A stretch of 45,066 nucleotides of DNA from Isoptericola halotolerans (GTDB taxonomy: Bacteria > Actinomycetota > Actinomycetes > Actinomycetales > Cellulomonadaceae). Shown piece after piece: positions 17,851 to 28,718 of this stretch. Below the pieces are notes generated by a model. That model ran no database searches. It was given only the letters and a program-made list of their open reading frames with translations, and was not told the DNA's origin. The stretch spans positions 434,001 to 479,066 of the forward strand of contig NZ_JABEZU010000004.1 of assembly GCF_013149785.1 (NCBI RefSeq), written 5' to 3'. The translations under genes and the position numbers were made by a program. The stretch's first letter is position 1. Every line of letters starts with the position of its first letter.

Positions 17851-18637
17851 TCGCAACTGACTTGACATGTGCGGGCAACACCATGCCGCACAGTATGGGG
17901 ATAATGGCCACTCAGCTAGGCCAAGAAAAATACAGCACGAGCATCAAAGCCACATAAGCCAATAGTGCCACCGCCCCCACTACCAGGAGGATGGTCAATA
18001 GGATGTCAGCAATGCCGCGACGCTTACGCACTCTGCATCCAATCCTACATCTCTATACGAGGGATCAAGTCGATCACACCGCCGTCCAGGGCGAAGCGCA
18101 GAACGCATTCAAACGCTCTCGCGCAGACCTTAGCACCCTGCCCATTGGGATGGATAGATGTCATGCTCACCGCGAGAATCTCATCATGTGACTCATACTT
18201 GGTCATGCTGGCGCCATCGCCCTGCACCGGATCGTTGCCGCCGCACCCAGCAGTTCTCGCGCGGCGGTCGAGACGGTTGCTCAGCGGGCCGCGGAGGCCA
18301 TCGCCTGACGGATGGCGGCGTCACGCTGACCGCGGCCGTAGCCGAGCGAGATGCCGGAAAAGACGGCGGCCAAGATCGCCACGAGGAGCGCGCCACCGGA
18401 GATCAGCACCGAAGCCAGGTCCATGACGCGAGGCTAACGGGCAGTACACCGCCGGCCGCTCCCTGCGAGAGATCGGCGAACTGACGGGACGCACACAGGC
18501 CGCCGTGCGTCGCGGCCTCGACCGCACAGGGACACCGCGCCGAGAGCGAGGCGCCCAGCGAATCAACGACGCGACGTAGGCGGACACGCCGGAAGACGTC
18601 CGCACAGCGGGGTGAACGGGTGCTGTTGCTCCAGCGA

Positions 18638-19450
18638 TCAGTTCCGGTTGAGGCCGTGCTTCCGTGTGTCCAGGATGTGCTTGAAGTGACTCTCTGTCTG
18701 GTCGATCACGGGTGTCGGTGTCGCGGGGTCGAACACCCGCAGGATCGAGAACCGGAAGCTTGTCGGGTCGAGGCCGCGCAGCTCGACGTTGTCGCCGTGT
18801 CCGTTGGAGGCGTAGGCGCTCCAGCGCTGGCGGATGCTCTCGGCGCCGTCGGCTTTGCCGACGTACTGACGGCCGTCGCGCGTGTCGGTGATCAGGTAGA
18901 TCCCCACCACGGAGGAGAGCGCGGTGCGCCACGCGGCATAGCGGTGCTCGCGCATCACAGCCTGAAGCTGCGCGTGATCGAGGACCAGTCGATCGAAGCC
19001 GGGGAACGGGACGGGCTGCGAGTCGGCGATCTCCACGACGGGGTAGCCGGCAGCTGTCGGGCCGTTGAGCCGCCAGGTTCGTGGTGATCGCCAGCCGATG
19101 ACGAGGCGTTCCCTGAGGTCCTGCATGTGGTCGGACTGGGCCAGGTCGAATGTTCGTCGCTGGCCGTCGTTCGACGTCTCGCCGCGATGCTCGACGACCG
19201 ACCACAGGCGAGCTCTGGTGCCGCCTTCGGGCACGAAGACGATCCAGTAGCGAGGCGGGTCGGCCGGGAACTGGCGCGGGTTCGAGGACTGGCTGGCCGT
19301 GTAGGCAAGGATCTCGTCGTCCGTCGAGTCCGCGTGGATGCCACTGGTCCCGGTGTCCTCGTGCTCCTTGACGTAGGCGTGGCGAATCACCAGGGCGTCG
19401 GCCGGGCTGATGCCGGAGCTGCGCAGGATGGGTTCGAGCGTCAGCGTCAT
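18638..19450 (-). CDS. GIY-YIG nuclease family protein
   Basis: 'GIYLITDTRDGRQYVGKA.G...IRQRW..Y', 'E.HFK..L..R..GLNRN'. Confidence 0.85.
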   Translation of the reverse strand: MTLTLEPILRSSGISPADALVIRHAYVKEHEDTGTSGIHADSTDDEILAYTASQSSNPRQFPADPPRYWIVFVPEGGTRARLWSVVEHRGETSNDGQRRTFDLAQSDHMQDLRERLVIGWRSPRTWRLNGPTAAGYPVVEIADSQPVPFPGFDRLVLDHAQLQAVMREHRYAAWRTALSSVVGIYLITDTRDGRQYVGKADGAESIRQRWSAYASNGHGDNVELRGLDPTSFRFSILRVFDPATPTPVIDQTESHFKHILDTRKHGLNRN

Positions 19451-19590
19451 CGGGGCCTCGTCTCCAATGTCCGGTGGTCAACGCACATCGACACCTCCGT
19501 CAACGTAGGCCGAGACCGTAACGCGACCGAACTTCTCATTGACGGACCGCCGACCGCATCGTCCGCCCCGACGATGTGCCGTCAGGGGTC

Positions 19591-20193
19591 TCACTTCGGC
19601 AGGAGAGTCTGCACCTGGTCCCGGATCTCCTGCACGACGGCGCCGACCGGGTGGGCGGCGTTGATCGTCGTGGCCATGCTGACGAACATGATCGCGGACA
19701 CGATGTGGGCTCGTGCCGCAGCCTGCTGCGCGCTGGCCTGCCCGTCACGCAGCAGGACGGCGGCAATCGCCTCCTCGGTCCCTGCGACCAGGGCGAGGGC
19801 GTCGCGGTGGTGGGGTTCGGCAGGGTCGCCGAAGACGATCTCTCGCAGGTAGGTCCGCCCGTTGTCGACCTGTTTGCGGTTGCACTCCACGACGGGGCGG
19901 ACGATCGCCATCACCGCGTCGATCGGGTCGGTGACGGCGGCAGCCGCGGCCTTGCCCTGCTCGAGCGCCTCGGCATAGGTCGAGTTCTGGACGAGCAGCA
20001 GCAGCTCGCCCTTCGTCTTGGCGTACAGGAACAGCGTGCCCGCACCGATGTCGGCCTTCTCGGCGATCTCCTGGGTGGTGACCTCGTCGACGCCCCGCTC
20101 GGCGAACAGCTTGCTCGCGGCGGCCACGATTCGTTCAAGCTTCACCTGCTTGTTCCGCTCGCGCCGTCCGACCGGCTGGGAGGTGTGTGGCAT
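19591..20193 (-). CDS. TetR family regulator
   Basis: 'RRERNK..IVAAASKLFAERG...VTTQEIAEKADIGAGTLFLY'. Confidence 0.9.
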   Translation of the reverse strand: MPHTSQPVGRRERNKQVKLERIVAAASKLFAERGVDEVTTQEIAEKADIGAGTLFLYAKTKGELLLLVQNSTYAEALEQGKAAAAAVTDPIDAVMAIVRPVVECNRKQVDNGRTYLREIVFGDPAEPHHRDALALVAGTEEAIAAVLLRDGQASAQQAAARAHIVSAIMFVSMATTINAAHPVGAVVQEIRDQVQTLLPK

Positions 20194-20426
20194 GGCTGCC
20201 CTCCTTCGTTGCTGAGCGGGCTCGGACGTGCCGGCGCTCATTCTTCCACGCCGGTCGGGGGCGTCCTGGTGTCGCAGAGCTCGGGATGGAGCGCCTCGAC
20301 CGAACCGCCCTGGGCGGCTGTGACCAGCACGGTCGGCTCGTCGACACTCCTCGAAGCACGGGGCCGCGGCGCTGATCGTGGGGTGCAGGCCCCTCCGGAT
20401 GTCCTGGTCCCGGGCGTCCGGTGCGG

Positions 20427-21293
20427 TCAGCGGCCGAGGAACTCGGCGCTCAGAGGGGCGAACTCCTGGTGGAACTGGAAGATGCCGCCGTGCCCGGAGT
20501 CGGGGTAGATGACGAGCTCGGAGTCCTTGATCCGGCGGTGCAGGTCCTCGGAGAGGACCGTGGGCACCATCCGGTCGTTGTCGCCGTTGGCGATCAGGGT
20601 GGGCTGCGTGAGCGTCGACAGGTCGGACGGGGCCGAGCGCCCGTACCTCTGGATCGCCTTGAGCTGGGTCCGGAACCCCTTCATCGAGATGTCCTTGTCG
20701 CGGTCGACCGTGCGCTCCTTGAGGCGGTTGACGAACGCGCGGGCGGCGGGCTTGCCGGCGGCGTTCCGCTTGAAGAACAGGAACTCCTTCGGGTCCTTCC
20801 GCGTCAGGGTCGCGCGCAGGATGTCGTAGTAGGTGGTGGCGACGATCGTGTCGATGTTCTTGCCGCCCCGGGGTCCGGTGCCGGTCAGGACGAGCTTGCG
20901 GACCAGGTCGGGGTGCTTGACCACGAGGTCCTGCGCGATCATGCCGCCCAGGGAGAAGGAGAAGATGTCGATCGTGTCGAAGCCGAGGGCCTTGATGAAC
21001 GTGTAAGCATCGTCGGCCATGGCCTCGATGCTGTCGGGAACGGTGCCGGTGGAGGAGCCGACGCCGCGGTTGTCGAAGGTGATGACGTGACGGTTCGTCG
21101 CGATGGGGTCCACGATCCGGGGGTCCCAGTTGTCCAGCGTCGCGGCGAGGTGCACGAAGAACACCACGGGGATCCCACCCTTCGGACCGAGCTCACGGTA
21201 GGCGTAGGTGACGCCGCCGGCGGTGATGGTGCGGGTCGGGGCGTGCGCGTACGAGGTGACAACGGTTTTGTTCGACGTGTTGTCGGTGCTCAT
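20427..21293 (-). CDS. Alpha/beta hydrolase
   Basis: 'FDNRGVG', 'FSLGG', 'NGDND.MVP', 'DSGHG'; RBS AGGAG. Confidence 0.9.
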   Translation of the reverse strand: MSTDNTSNKTVVTSYAHAPTRTITAGGVTYAYRELGPKGGIPVVFFVHLAATLDNWDPRIVDPIATNRHVITFDNRGVGSSTGTVPDSIEAMADDAYTFIKALGFDTIDIFSFSLGGMIAQDLVVKHPDLVRKLVLTGTGPRGGKNIDTIVATTYYDILRATLTRKDPKEFLFFKRNAAGKPAARAFVNRLKERTVDRDKDISMKGFRTQLKAIQRYGRSAPSDLSTLTQPTLIANGDNDRMVPTVLSEDLHRRIKDSELVIYPDSGHGGIFQFHQEFAPLSAEFLGR

Positions 21294-21337
21294 GATGTTC
21301 TCCTGATTCCTGGTCCTTCGACGGGTGCGAAGGGCTT

Positions 21338-22342
21338 TCAGACCCCGGTGATGACGGACTTGCCGCGGACGCCGCCCTTGCCGAGCGACTGCACGGCCTG
21401 CGCCGTCTCGTCGAAATCGAAGACCCGCCCGACGACGGGGCGCACCACGCCCTCGTCCACGAGGGCCGTGATCTGGCGGAGCTGCTCGCCGCTGGCGTGC
21501 ATGAAGAGGAACTCGTAGGTCACCCCGAGCCTCTTCGCCTGCCGGCGGATCTTTCCGCTGAGCGCTGCCATGGCGAGGCGCATCACCGGGTTCAGGCCCT
21601 TCTCGCGGGCGAATGCGGGGTCGGGCGGCCCGACGATCCCGATCACCTTGCCGCCGGGACGCAGCACCCGCAGCGACTTCTCGAGGGTCTCCCCGCCGAC
21701 GCTGTCCAGCACGAGGTCGTACCGGTCCAGGAGCTGCTCGAAGTCCTGGTTGCGGTAGTCGATGACGCTGTCGGCACCCAGCTCCCGGACGAAGTCGGCG
21801 TTGCCGGCGCTGGCCGTGGTGGCGACCGTGGCGCCGAGGTGCTTGGCGAGCTGGATCGCGATGGTTCCGACGCCACCGGCGCCGGCGTGGATCAGGACTC
21901 GCTGCCCCGGCTGCACGTTGCCCCTCTCGACGAGCGCCTGCCACGCGGTCAGGGCCACCAGCGGCAGCGAGCCCGCCTCTTCCAGGCTGACCGACGCGGG
22001 CTTGAGGGCCACCTCGGCCTCGGGTACGGCGATGCGCTCGGCGAAGGTTCCGATGCGGTCGATGCGGTCGAGGCGAGGCTGGGCGTACACCTGGTCGCCG
22101 GGCGCGAACCCCCGCACCTTGGCGCCGACGTCGATCACCGTTCCGGCGACGTCGCTGCCCATGACCTGCGGCAGCTCGTACCGGAGCAACGCCTTGTACG
22201 ACCCCTGCCGGATCTTCTCGTCCACGACGTTGAGCCCGGCGGCCTGGACCTGGACGAGCACGTCGTGCTCACCGACCACGGGCTCGGGGACGTCCGCTTC
22301 CTGCAGCGGCTCCTTGTACTCATTGATGACAAACGCGCGCAT
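21338..22342 (-). CDS. NADP-dependent MDR-family oxidoreductase
   Basis: 'GSDVAGTV', 'PLVALTAWQAL', 'VLIHAGAGGVG'. Confidence 0.92.
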   Translation of the reverse strand: MRAFVINEYKEPLQEADVPEPVVGEHDVLVQVQAAGLNVVDEKIRQGSYKALLRYELPQVMGSDVAGTVIDVGAKVRGFAPGDQVYAQPRLDRIDRIGTFAERIAVPEAEVALKPASVSLEEAGSLPLVALTAWQALVERGNVQPGQRVLIHAGAGGVGTIAIQLAKHLGATVATTASAGNADFVRELGADSVIDYRNQDFEQLLDRYDLVLDSVGGETLEKSLRVLRPGGKVIGIVGPPDPAFAREKGLNPVMRLAMAALSGKIRRQAKRLGVTYEFLFMHASGEQLRQITALVDEGVVRPVVGRVFDFDETAQAVQSLGKGGVRGKSVITGV

Positions 22343-22414
22343 GGTGGCTGTCCTTCTTGGTCTGGTGGTGTGGTGCTGGCTCGTGCCGATGACGGATGAG
22401 TGCAGCGGCGGGAA

Positions 22415-22550
22415 CTAGCGGTGGAGGAAGTCGCACGCGGCGTCGACGAACTCCCGGCGGTACTGGAAGACGGCGCCTTGGCCGGAGTCCGTCACCCTCG
22501 CGCCGGGAAAGATGCCGGGCAAGCTCTGCGCCGCTCCTTGCTGCGACATA
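22415..22550 (-). pseudogene. C-terminal remnant of a second alpha/beta hydrolase
   Basis: 'DSGQGAVFQYRREFV...DFL' parallels 'DSGHGGIFQFHQEF...EFL' of 20427-21293. Confidence 0.5.
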
Positions 22551-22819
22551 TCGCCCTCCTGGGGATCTCGTCCCGCCCGGTGAGGCCGAGTGGGCTCAAT
22601 CATGAGCGGCCTCAGAAATATTGTCAAGAGGGGGCCGCTTGGAGCATGGACGCAGGCCGACCGGGCGCCGCGAGCGGGCCCCGCAGGACAAGCGTGAGCG
22701 GATCTTGCTTGCGAGCCCGAGGGCTGCTCGCGCAGCGCGGCGCTCGAGCTGCTGATTGCGGGTCGCCGCGGCCTGACGTTCTGCCCCGCCGCGGCTGTTC
22801 GGCTTCCTGTCCAACGCCC

Positions 22820-22986
22820 AACCCGCACTGGCGGACCTGTCCGGCCTGCTCCTGCTGGAGCAGCACCTGACGCTGCACCAGCTGCTCGGCATCGGCATCG
22901 TGATCGCGGCCAACGTCCTCGCCGTCACCACCCTTCGACGCGGACGAAGATCACGGCGCTTGTGCTCGCCCGGTGCACGAGCGTGA
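22820..22986 (+). pseudogene. C-terminal remnant of an EamA/DMT transporter
   Basis: Reads 'PALADLSGLLLLEQHLTLHQLLGIGIVIAANVLAV' without a 5' part. Confidence 0.5.
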
Positions 22987-23127
22987 CGCCGTAGCGGATT
23001 TCGTCAGTGCTGACGGTGCCGTCGAGCAGATCGATCCGGGCCATGACGTCGGCCGGCTGACGGACGGAGTACAGCGGGGGCAGCGCCAACGCGGCCTCTG
23101 GTGTGTCGTGACGACCGTCCTGGGCGG

Positions 23128-23751
23128 CCCAGGGCGTCGATGAAGATCACGGGGTAGACCTCGTCCAGCGGGCGGGTCTGCCACTCGGCCATCTCCGCGA
23201 CGACCTTGTCCGTGATCCGCGAGACGGTGTCCTTGGAGACGGACGCGCCGTAGACCTCGGCGAAGTGCGCGCTGATCTCCCCGGTCGTCAGCCCGCGCGC
23301 CGTCAAGGACAGCACCAGTTCGTCCACGCCGTTCAGGCGCCGCTGCCGCTTCTTGACGATCGCCGGCTCGAACGACCCGTCCCGGTCCCGGGGCACATCG
23401 ATCTCGACCGGACCGATCTCGGTCAGGACCGTCTTGGACCGGGTGCCGTTGCGCTCGTTCGTGCCCGCTTTCGCCTCCCGCTGCCCGGGCGGGTAGTCCA
23501 GATGCTCGGTCAGCTCCTCGTCCAGCGCGGTCTCCAAGACCTGCTTCGTCAACCCGGCCAGCAGCCCGTCCGGGCCGACCAGATCGATCCCCGCCGCCTT
23601 CGCCTGCGCCACCAGCTGCTGCGCCAGTACCTGCTTCTCGTCCTCGTCGAGCGTCACGGGCTCGATGATCTCGGTCATCCTGCCTGCTTCCCGCCAAGCC
23701 TTCGCTCGGCGTGTCAGGCCGAGACCCACCCACCGTTAACCAGACAGACCC
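23128..23751 (-). mobile_element. IS256-family element, truncated transposase (ATG 23678) with left end
   Basis: 'NERNG...KTV.TEIGPVEIDVPRDRDGSFEP.IV.KRQRR', stops at first catalytic 'FIDA'; end GGGTCTGTCTGGTTAACGGTG at 23751. Confidence 0.88.
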
Positions 23752-23867
23752 GCGGGACACACCAGAGCCTCCATCAGACCCGGGGCGCAACAGTCGCGCG
23801 CTGAAGTTCTCGACCGTGATGTCCCTCGTTGGCCACTGATGTTCCCACCATGGGCGGACCAGGGCGG

Positions 23868-24893
23868 CTACCGCAGGCTCTTGAGGTACTCCCTGTAGGT
23901 GTCGAGAACGTCGTCAGCGAAGAGGGCTCGTGGCCAGAGGATCCCAGTGATGAGGCCGAGTGCTTCTGAGTCTTCGACGGCGGGTCTGGCCATGGAGTGC
24001 GTTGCGTCGAAGTGCTCGACGCTCACGTCGGAACCGAGCAGGTCTTGGTAGGTGCTGGCGGTCTCGGTGACGTCGACGTTGCGGTCGTGTTCGCCCAGCA
24101 TGAGGAGCACGGGCACGTTCTTGTCTGCCATCGCCACGAGGTCGTCGGTGGCGTCGGAGGTGTAGTTGAGTGAGACGAAGCTCCAGCGGCCGGCGTCCAT
24201 CGGATCGGGGTCGTCGGTGGCCGCGCGATAGGTGTCGTAGTCGGCGTCCTGTTCGAGCAGGGTGCGTGTCTGATCGCTGACGGCGATGGCCTGTTCACGT
24301 TCGCGGGAGGTAGCGCCATCGTGGTCGAGTTCGGCGAGGAGGTTGTAGCGTCCTTGGCGCAGCCAGTTGATCGCGGGACCGACCGCGACGATCCCGTCAA
24401 TGTCATCGCGAGAGACGGCCGCCTTCGGCAGAACCCAGCCTGCTTGGCTTGCGCCCCACAGCACGATCGTGTCGTTGGGTATGGCGGCCTGCCGCTGCGC
24501 CCAGTCGATCGCAGCTGACACTTCGTCCGCACGATCGTCCATGGTCTGATCGAGCCAGTCTCCGCCGGAGCCACCGACTCCGGGTTTGCTCCAGGTCAGC
24601 GTGGCGAACCCCGCGTCCGCGGCGGCTTCGAACCACGGAAGGTAGAGCCCGTCATGAGTCGCGCCGACGGGGCCATCACCGTGGACCACCACGACCAGTC
24701 CGCGTGCGGGCTCCTCGGCCGGGAGCGTGAGCACGGCTTCGAGCGCCCCGCCCGAGACCGGAATCGACAGGGCTTCCTGGCGCAAGCGGTAGTCGTTGCC
24801 GGCCAGCGTCACGCCCACTCCTCCGAGGGCGATCGCGACCACCACGGCAACCACGACGAACCACACTCGACGCTTACGTCTCGAAATATTCAC
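23868..24893 (-). CDS. Membrane-anchored/secreted alpha/beta hydrolase
   Basis: N-terminal TM, 'VHGDGP', 'GASQAG', 'GEHDRNV', 'HSM'; GTG start chosen. Confidence 0.8.
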   Translation of the reverse strand: MNISRRKRRVWFVVVAVVVAIALGGVGVTLAGNDYRLRQEALSIPVSGGALEAVLTLPAEEPARGLVVVVHGDGPVGATHDGLYLPWFEAAADAGFATLTWSKPGVGGSGGDWLDQTMDDRADEVSAAIDWAQRQAAIPNDTIVLWGASQAGWVLPKAAVSRDDIDGIVAVGPAINWLRQGRYNLLAELDHDGATSREREQAIAVSDQTRTLLEQDADYDTYRAATDDPDPMDAGRWSFVSLNYTSDATDDLVAMADKNVPVLLMLGEHDRNVDVTETASTYQDLLGSDVSVEHFDATHSMARPAVEDSEALGLITGILWPRALFADDVLDTYREYLKSLR

Positions 24894-24923
24894 GTTCGTA
24901 GTGTAGATGATACATTTCTCGAT

Positions 24924-25514
24924 GTGGATGAGGTGTCGATCGGGATGGGCTTCGTGACCAGTGAGCGCGCAAGCGTCGGAGCGCTGTACTGGGGTGCGTT
25001 CGGAGAGAAGCTGGCCGCGGCGTTCCGTGACGTGGAGACCGGCGCGAGGGTCGTGACGGCGGGACTGCGTGCGGACCGGATGCTGGTGGCGAGGTTTGCG
25101 GGCAAGGTGGTGGGTGTGTGCGGCTACTACCAGGACGGTCGCGGCACAGCAGACCTGTCGTGGAGGCACCTGCGCGGGCACTTGTCTCGCACGGCGTCTG
25201 TGCGGGCGGTGGGTGTGCTCTCGCTGCTCAGCCGCCATGGGCGACCGGGTGTGCTCGTGCTCGACGGCATCTGCGTGAACGAGGCTCACCGTGGTCACGG
25301 GATCGGCTCGATGCTCTTGGACGCGGCGGTCGAGCTCGCACGTGAGCGCGGCGATAGGGCTGTTCAGCTGTCGGTGATCGATACGAACCCACGCGCTGCC
25401 GCGTTGTACCGGCGCCGAGGATTCACGACTGTCGACCGGGGCTCGCTCGGCCCGTTGCAGCACCTCTACGGTTTCGAGCACTACACGACGATGCGCAAGA
25501 AGACCGACGCGTGA
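24924..25514 (+). CDS. GNAT acetyltransferase
   Basis: 'LDGICV...RGHGIGSMLL', 'VIDTNPRAAALY.R.GF'. Confidence 0.85.
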   Translation: MDEVSIGMGFVTSERASVGALYWGAFGEKLAAAFRDVETGARVVTAGLRADRMLVARFAGKVVGVCGYYQDGRGTADLSWRHLRGHLSRTASVRAVGVLSLLSRHGRPGVLVLDGICVNEAHRGHGIGSMLLDAAVELARERGDRAVQLSVIDTNPRAAALYRRRGFTTVDRGSLGPLQHLYGFEHYTTMRKKTDA

Positions 25515-26329
25515 GCGCCGTGCCCCTTCCGATCGCGCCGCGTACCGTGATCGAGGCGTTCCTACCCGCCGACGGGCAGGTGCCGTTGGATGTGGTGTTC
25601 GACACCGCGAATGCCGCAGGGATCGCTGACCAGCCCCTACGACTGGCCTTGCGCCGCATGGTCGCAGCCGGGGACATCGTCCAGGCCGGTCGAGGCCGCA
25701 GTGGCACGGCGGAGTTGACCCTTGCCGGTCGGCAGCGACTGGGCCGGGACCGCCTCGCCCTCCGGCTGGCCTTCGCCCAAGACCAAGGGCTCGCACCGTG
25801 GGACGGACGCTGGCGGCTGCTGGCGGTCAGCACGCCCGAGGCCGATCGCGCTGCACGCGACGCCCTACGCCGCCAGCTGGTCGACACCGGGGCTGCCGCG
25901 GTGTCGACCGGTTTGTATCTCAGCCCGCACAACCTGGCCGACATGCTCGATACCCACGAGCGCAGCCACCTCGTGCAGGCCACTGCGACCGGGGTGGACG
26001 TACGAGGCGTGACAGACCCGCAAGCGGTGACCGAGGCGCTGTGGCCCCGGGCCCGGATCATCGAGGCCTACGCCGTTGTGGACCAGGCGATCGAGCACGT
26101 CCAGCTCGCGATGGAAACCGGCGCCGAAGCCGCACTGGTGGGACAGCTGCACCTCGCTGAGGCGCTAGAACAGGCGATGCGATCTGACCCGCTCATCCCT
26201 CTCGAACTACGCACCGAGCCCTGGGCTCCCACACAGATTCGACGCAGGTGGCACGACGCTTGGGCTGCGCTGACACGAGACCTTGCAGGAGAACTCCTCT
26301 ATCTCGGCTGGCTGCCCCAACGCCCCTAG
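25511..26329 (+). CDS. PaaX-family transcriptional regulator
   Basis: 'LRLALRRMV', 'WDGRWRL', 'DPLIPLEL..PW'. Confidence 0.85.
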   Translation: MSAVPLPIAPRTVIEAFLPADGQVPLDVVFDTANAAGIADQPLRLALRRMVAAGDIVQAGRGRSGTAELTLAGRQRLGRDRLALRLAFAQDQGLAPWDGRWRLLAVSTPEADRAARDALRRQLVDTGAAAVSTGLYLSPHNLADMLDTHERSHLVQATATGVDVRGVTDPQAVTEALWPRARIIEAYAVVDQAIEHVQLAMETGAEAALVGQLHLAEALEQAMRSDPLIPLELRTEPWAPTQIRRRWHDAWAALTRDLAGELLYLGWLPQRP

Positions 26330-26387
26330 AAGGAAATCGCAGACGAAGCAGAGAAGGCGCAGCTACTTTTTGCGTTCCCACGGGGTG

Positions 26388-26975
26388 GGGACTGCTGCAC
26401 GGATAGGTGACACCTGGCCTGTGGTGCCTTCGGGTGCTGCTGGAAGGATGTGTCCCGTGCCCAGACCCCATCCCAAGGCGATGTCGTGGCCGTCGCCCGT
26501 CGTGGCGAGTCCACGGTCAAGCAGATCGCGAAGGACTTCGGCATCTCCGAGTCGTGCCTGCGCAACTGGATCCACGCCGCTGACGTCGAGGACGGCAGCC
26601 GGTCCGGCGTGACGAAGAGTGAGTCGGCCGAGCTGCGCGAAGCCAGGAAGCGGGTCCGCCTGCTGGAGCAGGAGAACGAGGTGCTGCGTCGCGCGGCGGC
26701 GTACTTCGCCCAGGCGCACCTGCCGGGAAGATGAGCTGCCCGCTCGTCCGAGAGCTCGCCGCTGACGGGATCCTCGTCGCGTGACGTGCCGGGTCCTGAA
26801 CCTCGCCCGTCAGCCCTACTACCGGTGGCTCGCCAACCCGATCACCGATCGAGAGGTCGAGCAGGCCCACCTCGCCAACGCCCTGTTCGACGCCCACCGC
26901 GACGACCCGGAGTTCGGGTACCGGCTGCTGGCCAACGAGGCTCGCGACGCCGGCCACCGCGCGTGTGACAGGACC
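26388..26975 (+). mobile_element. IS3-family remnant (OrfA plus broken OrfB)
   Basis: 'QIAKDFGISESCLRNW..LEQENEVLRRAAAYFAQ' then 'CRVL..ARQPYYRW..H.DDPEFGYR'. Confidence 0.85.
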
Positions 26976-26999
26976 TTGCCCTCATCGGCATGGACAACA

Positions 27000-27156
27000 G
27001 CCCGTGACCGTCCCCCCGCTGACGACCATGGCGTACGACATCGCGCAGGTGACCGCCGTGTCGACCCGCGCGCTGCTCGCTCGGCTCGACAAGAACGGCG
27101 GCCCCGAGACGGCAGTCGGGCTGCAGGTGCAGCTCGTCGAGCGTGAGACGGCCTGA
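27000..27156 (+). pseudogene. C-terminal remnant of a LacI-family regulator
   Basis: 'PPLTT..D....LL.RL....QLVERETA*'. Confidence 0.55.
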
Positions 27157-27370
27157 GCGGGTAGGCGGCTCGCGACCAGGTGCACAGTCCTCACAGAGCG
27201 GGAGTCAACCGTCCCTCGGGTATTCCCGGCGAGACGACCGAGAAGTCCGTCGCTGCCGACGGGTTGGAGCAGGCGCTGTTCGCTCGGCGACTGCGAGGAC
27301 CGTACGGGAGTGCCTCGTACGGTCGAAGTCCGGTGTGGAACCGGGTCCTGATTCTCCGCCGCGACCCGTG

Positions 27371-27451
27371 CAACCTACTTTGCGCACCACGCGCGACACG
27401 CCCGAGTTCGCGCAAGGTAGGCAGGCGTGTCCGCGCAATCTGCGCTGCACG
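27371..27451 (+). repeat. Dispersed 81-bp non-coding element, copy 2
   Basis: CAACCTACTTTGCGC...GACACGCC...GCGCAAGGTAGGCAGGCGTGTCC...CTGCACG. Confidence 0.9.
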
Positions 27452-27637
27452 GCCTGACCTGGTTTCCCGGACAGCTTCGACCCGGCGGTCATCCAGGGGA
27501 TGAACCAGCAGGCTGACGACTGGGCAGGGCGAGAGGTGCTCGAGCGTCTGACCGACGCGGCGATGCCGGCGTGGCCGCCGGCCAGTGGCTGAGCACCTCG
27601 CTCCACGGACCCCGGCGGAACCGCCCGTCTCTCCGCT

Positions 27638-28681
27638 TCAGCTACCGCTCAGCGCCGCGGTGGACTCACGGATGACGAGCTGGGTGGCGAGCTGGATGTG
27701 ATGCGAGTCGGGCCGCTCCCCGCGTGACTGCTGCAGCAGGGTGCGCAGTGCGACGCGGCCCATGTCGATGATGGGCTGGCGCACGGTGGTCAGCGGCGGT
27801 GCGGTGGACAGGGCGGAGTAGGTGTCGTCGTAGCCGACCACCGAGAGGTCCTCGGGAACGCGCAGGCTGTGGCGGCGCGCTGCCTCGAGGACGCCGAGGG
27901 CGCTGGCGTCGCAGCCGGCGAAGATGGCGGTGGGCCGTTCGGGCAGGCCGAGCAGAGTGGTGGCCATCTCGAGCCCGGCGAGAAAGGTGAAGCCCTCCTC
28001 GAGGACCAGGGCCGGGTCGGCGGCGATGCCGTCGTCGGACAGTGCGCTGAGGTATCCCTGCAGCCGTTCGCGGGAGGCACCGGAGACGGGTGGGCCCCCG
28101 GCATAGGCGATGCGGCGGTGTCCGAGCCCGAGCAGGTGCTTGGTCGCCTGCAGGCCGCCGGTGAAGTTGGTGGACCCGACGGACACGACCTCGTCGTCGA
28201 GCGGGTTGAGCGGGTCGATCACCACGACGCTCAGTCCTGCCGCGCGCATCTGGTCGCGCTGGTCGGGCGTGAGCTCGGAGGTGACCACGATGACGCCGGC
28301 GCGACCCTGGGTGGCGAGCTGACGGATCCATCCGGGCGAGAGCGGGCCGTTGGGTCGGCCGCCCGCGCTGTCGAGGACGTCGACGATCACCTCGACGTCA
28401 TGGGTGTGGCCTGCGGCGACGATGCCGTCCAGGACCTGCATCGAGTAGACGTTCACGAGCGTGTCGAAGACGACGTTCACCTTGCGCAGCGCGGTGGTCT
28501 CGCGCGGCCCGGTGCTGGGCACGTAGCCGAGCTGCTCGATGGCCTCCTCGACTCGACGGCGCGTCTCCGCGGAGATGTTCGGCCGGTGGTTGAGGACCTT
28601 CGAGGCGGTCGCCTTGGAGACGCCCGCGGCACGGGCGACTTGTTCGAGCGTCGGTCGCGACGCATTCGTCGTACTCACCAC
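27638..28681 (-). CDS. LacI family regulator
   Basis: 'PTLEQVARAAGVSKATASKVLN', 'VPEDLSVVGYDD', 'PPLTTVRQP'. Confidence 0.93.
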   Translation of the reverse strand: MVSTTNASRPTLEQVARAAGVSKATASKVLNHRPNISAETRRRVEEAIEQLGYVPSTGPRETTALRKVNVVFDTLVNVYSMQVLDGIVAAGHTHDVEVIVDVLDSAGGRPNGPLSPGWIRQLATQGRAGVIVVTSELTPDQRDQMRAAGLSVVVIDPLNPLDDEVVSVGSTNFTGGLQATKHLLGLGHRRIAYAGGPPVSGASRERLQGYLSALSDDGIAADPALVLEEGFTFLAGLEMATTLLGLPERPTAIFAGCDASALGVLEAARRHSLRVPEDLSVVGYDDTYSALSTAPPLTTVRQPIIDMGRVALRTLLQQSRGERPDSHHIQLATQLVIRESTAALSGS

Positions 28682-28718
28682 TGAGATCCCCTCGATCGTC
28701 GCCAGCACTCTCGTGTCG

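Larger units (their letters stand above)
5468..27451. mobile_element. Degenerate genomic island / accessory hotspot downstream of dnaB (right boundary uncertain, may extend to ~34170)
   Basis: Visible rise in A/T-ending codons, many frameshifted or truncated genes, IS3 and IS256 remnants, ICE-type gene remnants, defence-like genes; no intact integrase seen. Confidence 0.7.

Noticed and set aside
26355..26385. Possible fourth copy of the dispersed element (GCAGCTACTTTTTGCG) cut by the IS3 remnant
   Set aside because: Match is too short and gapped to support.
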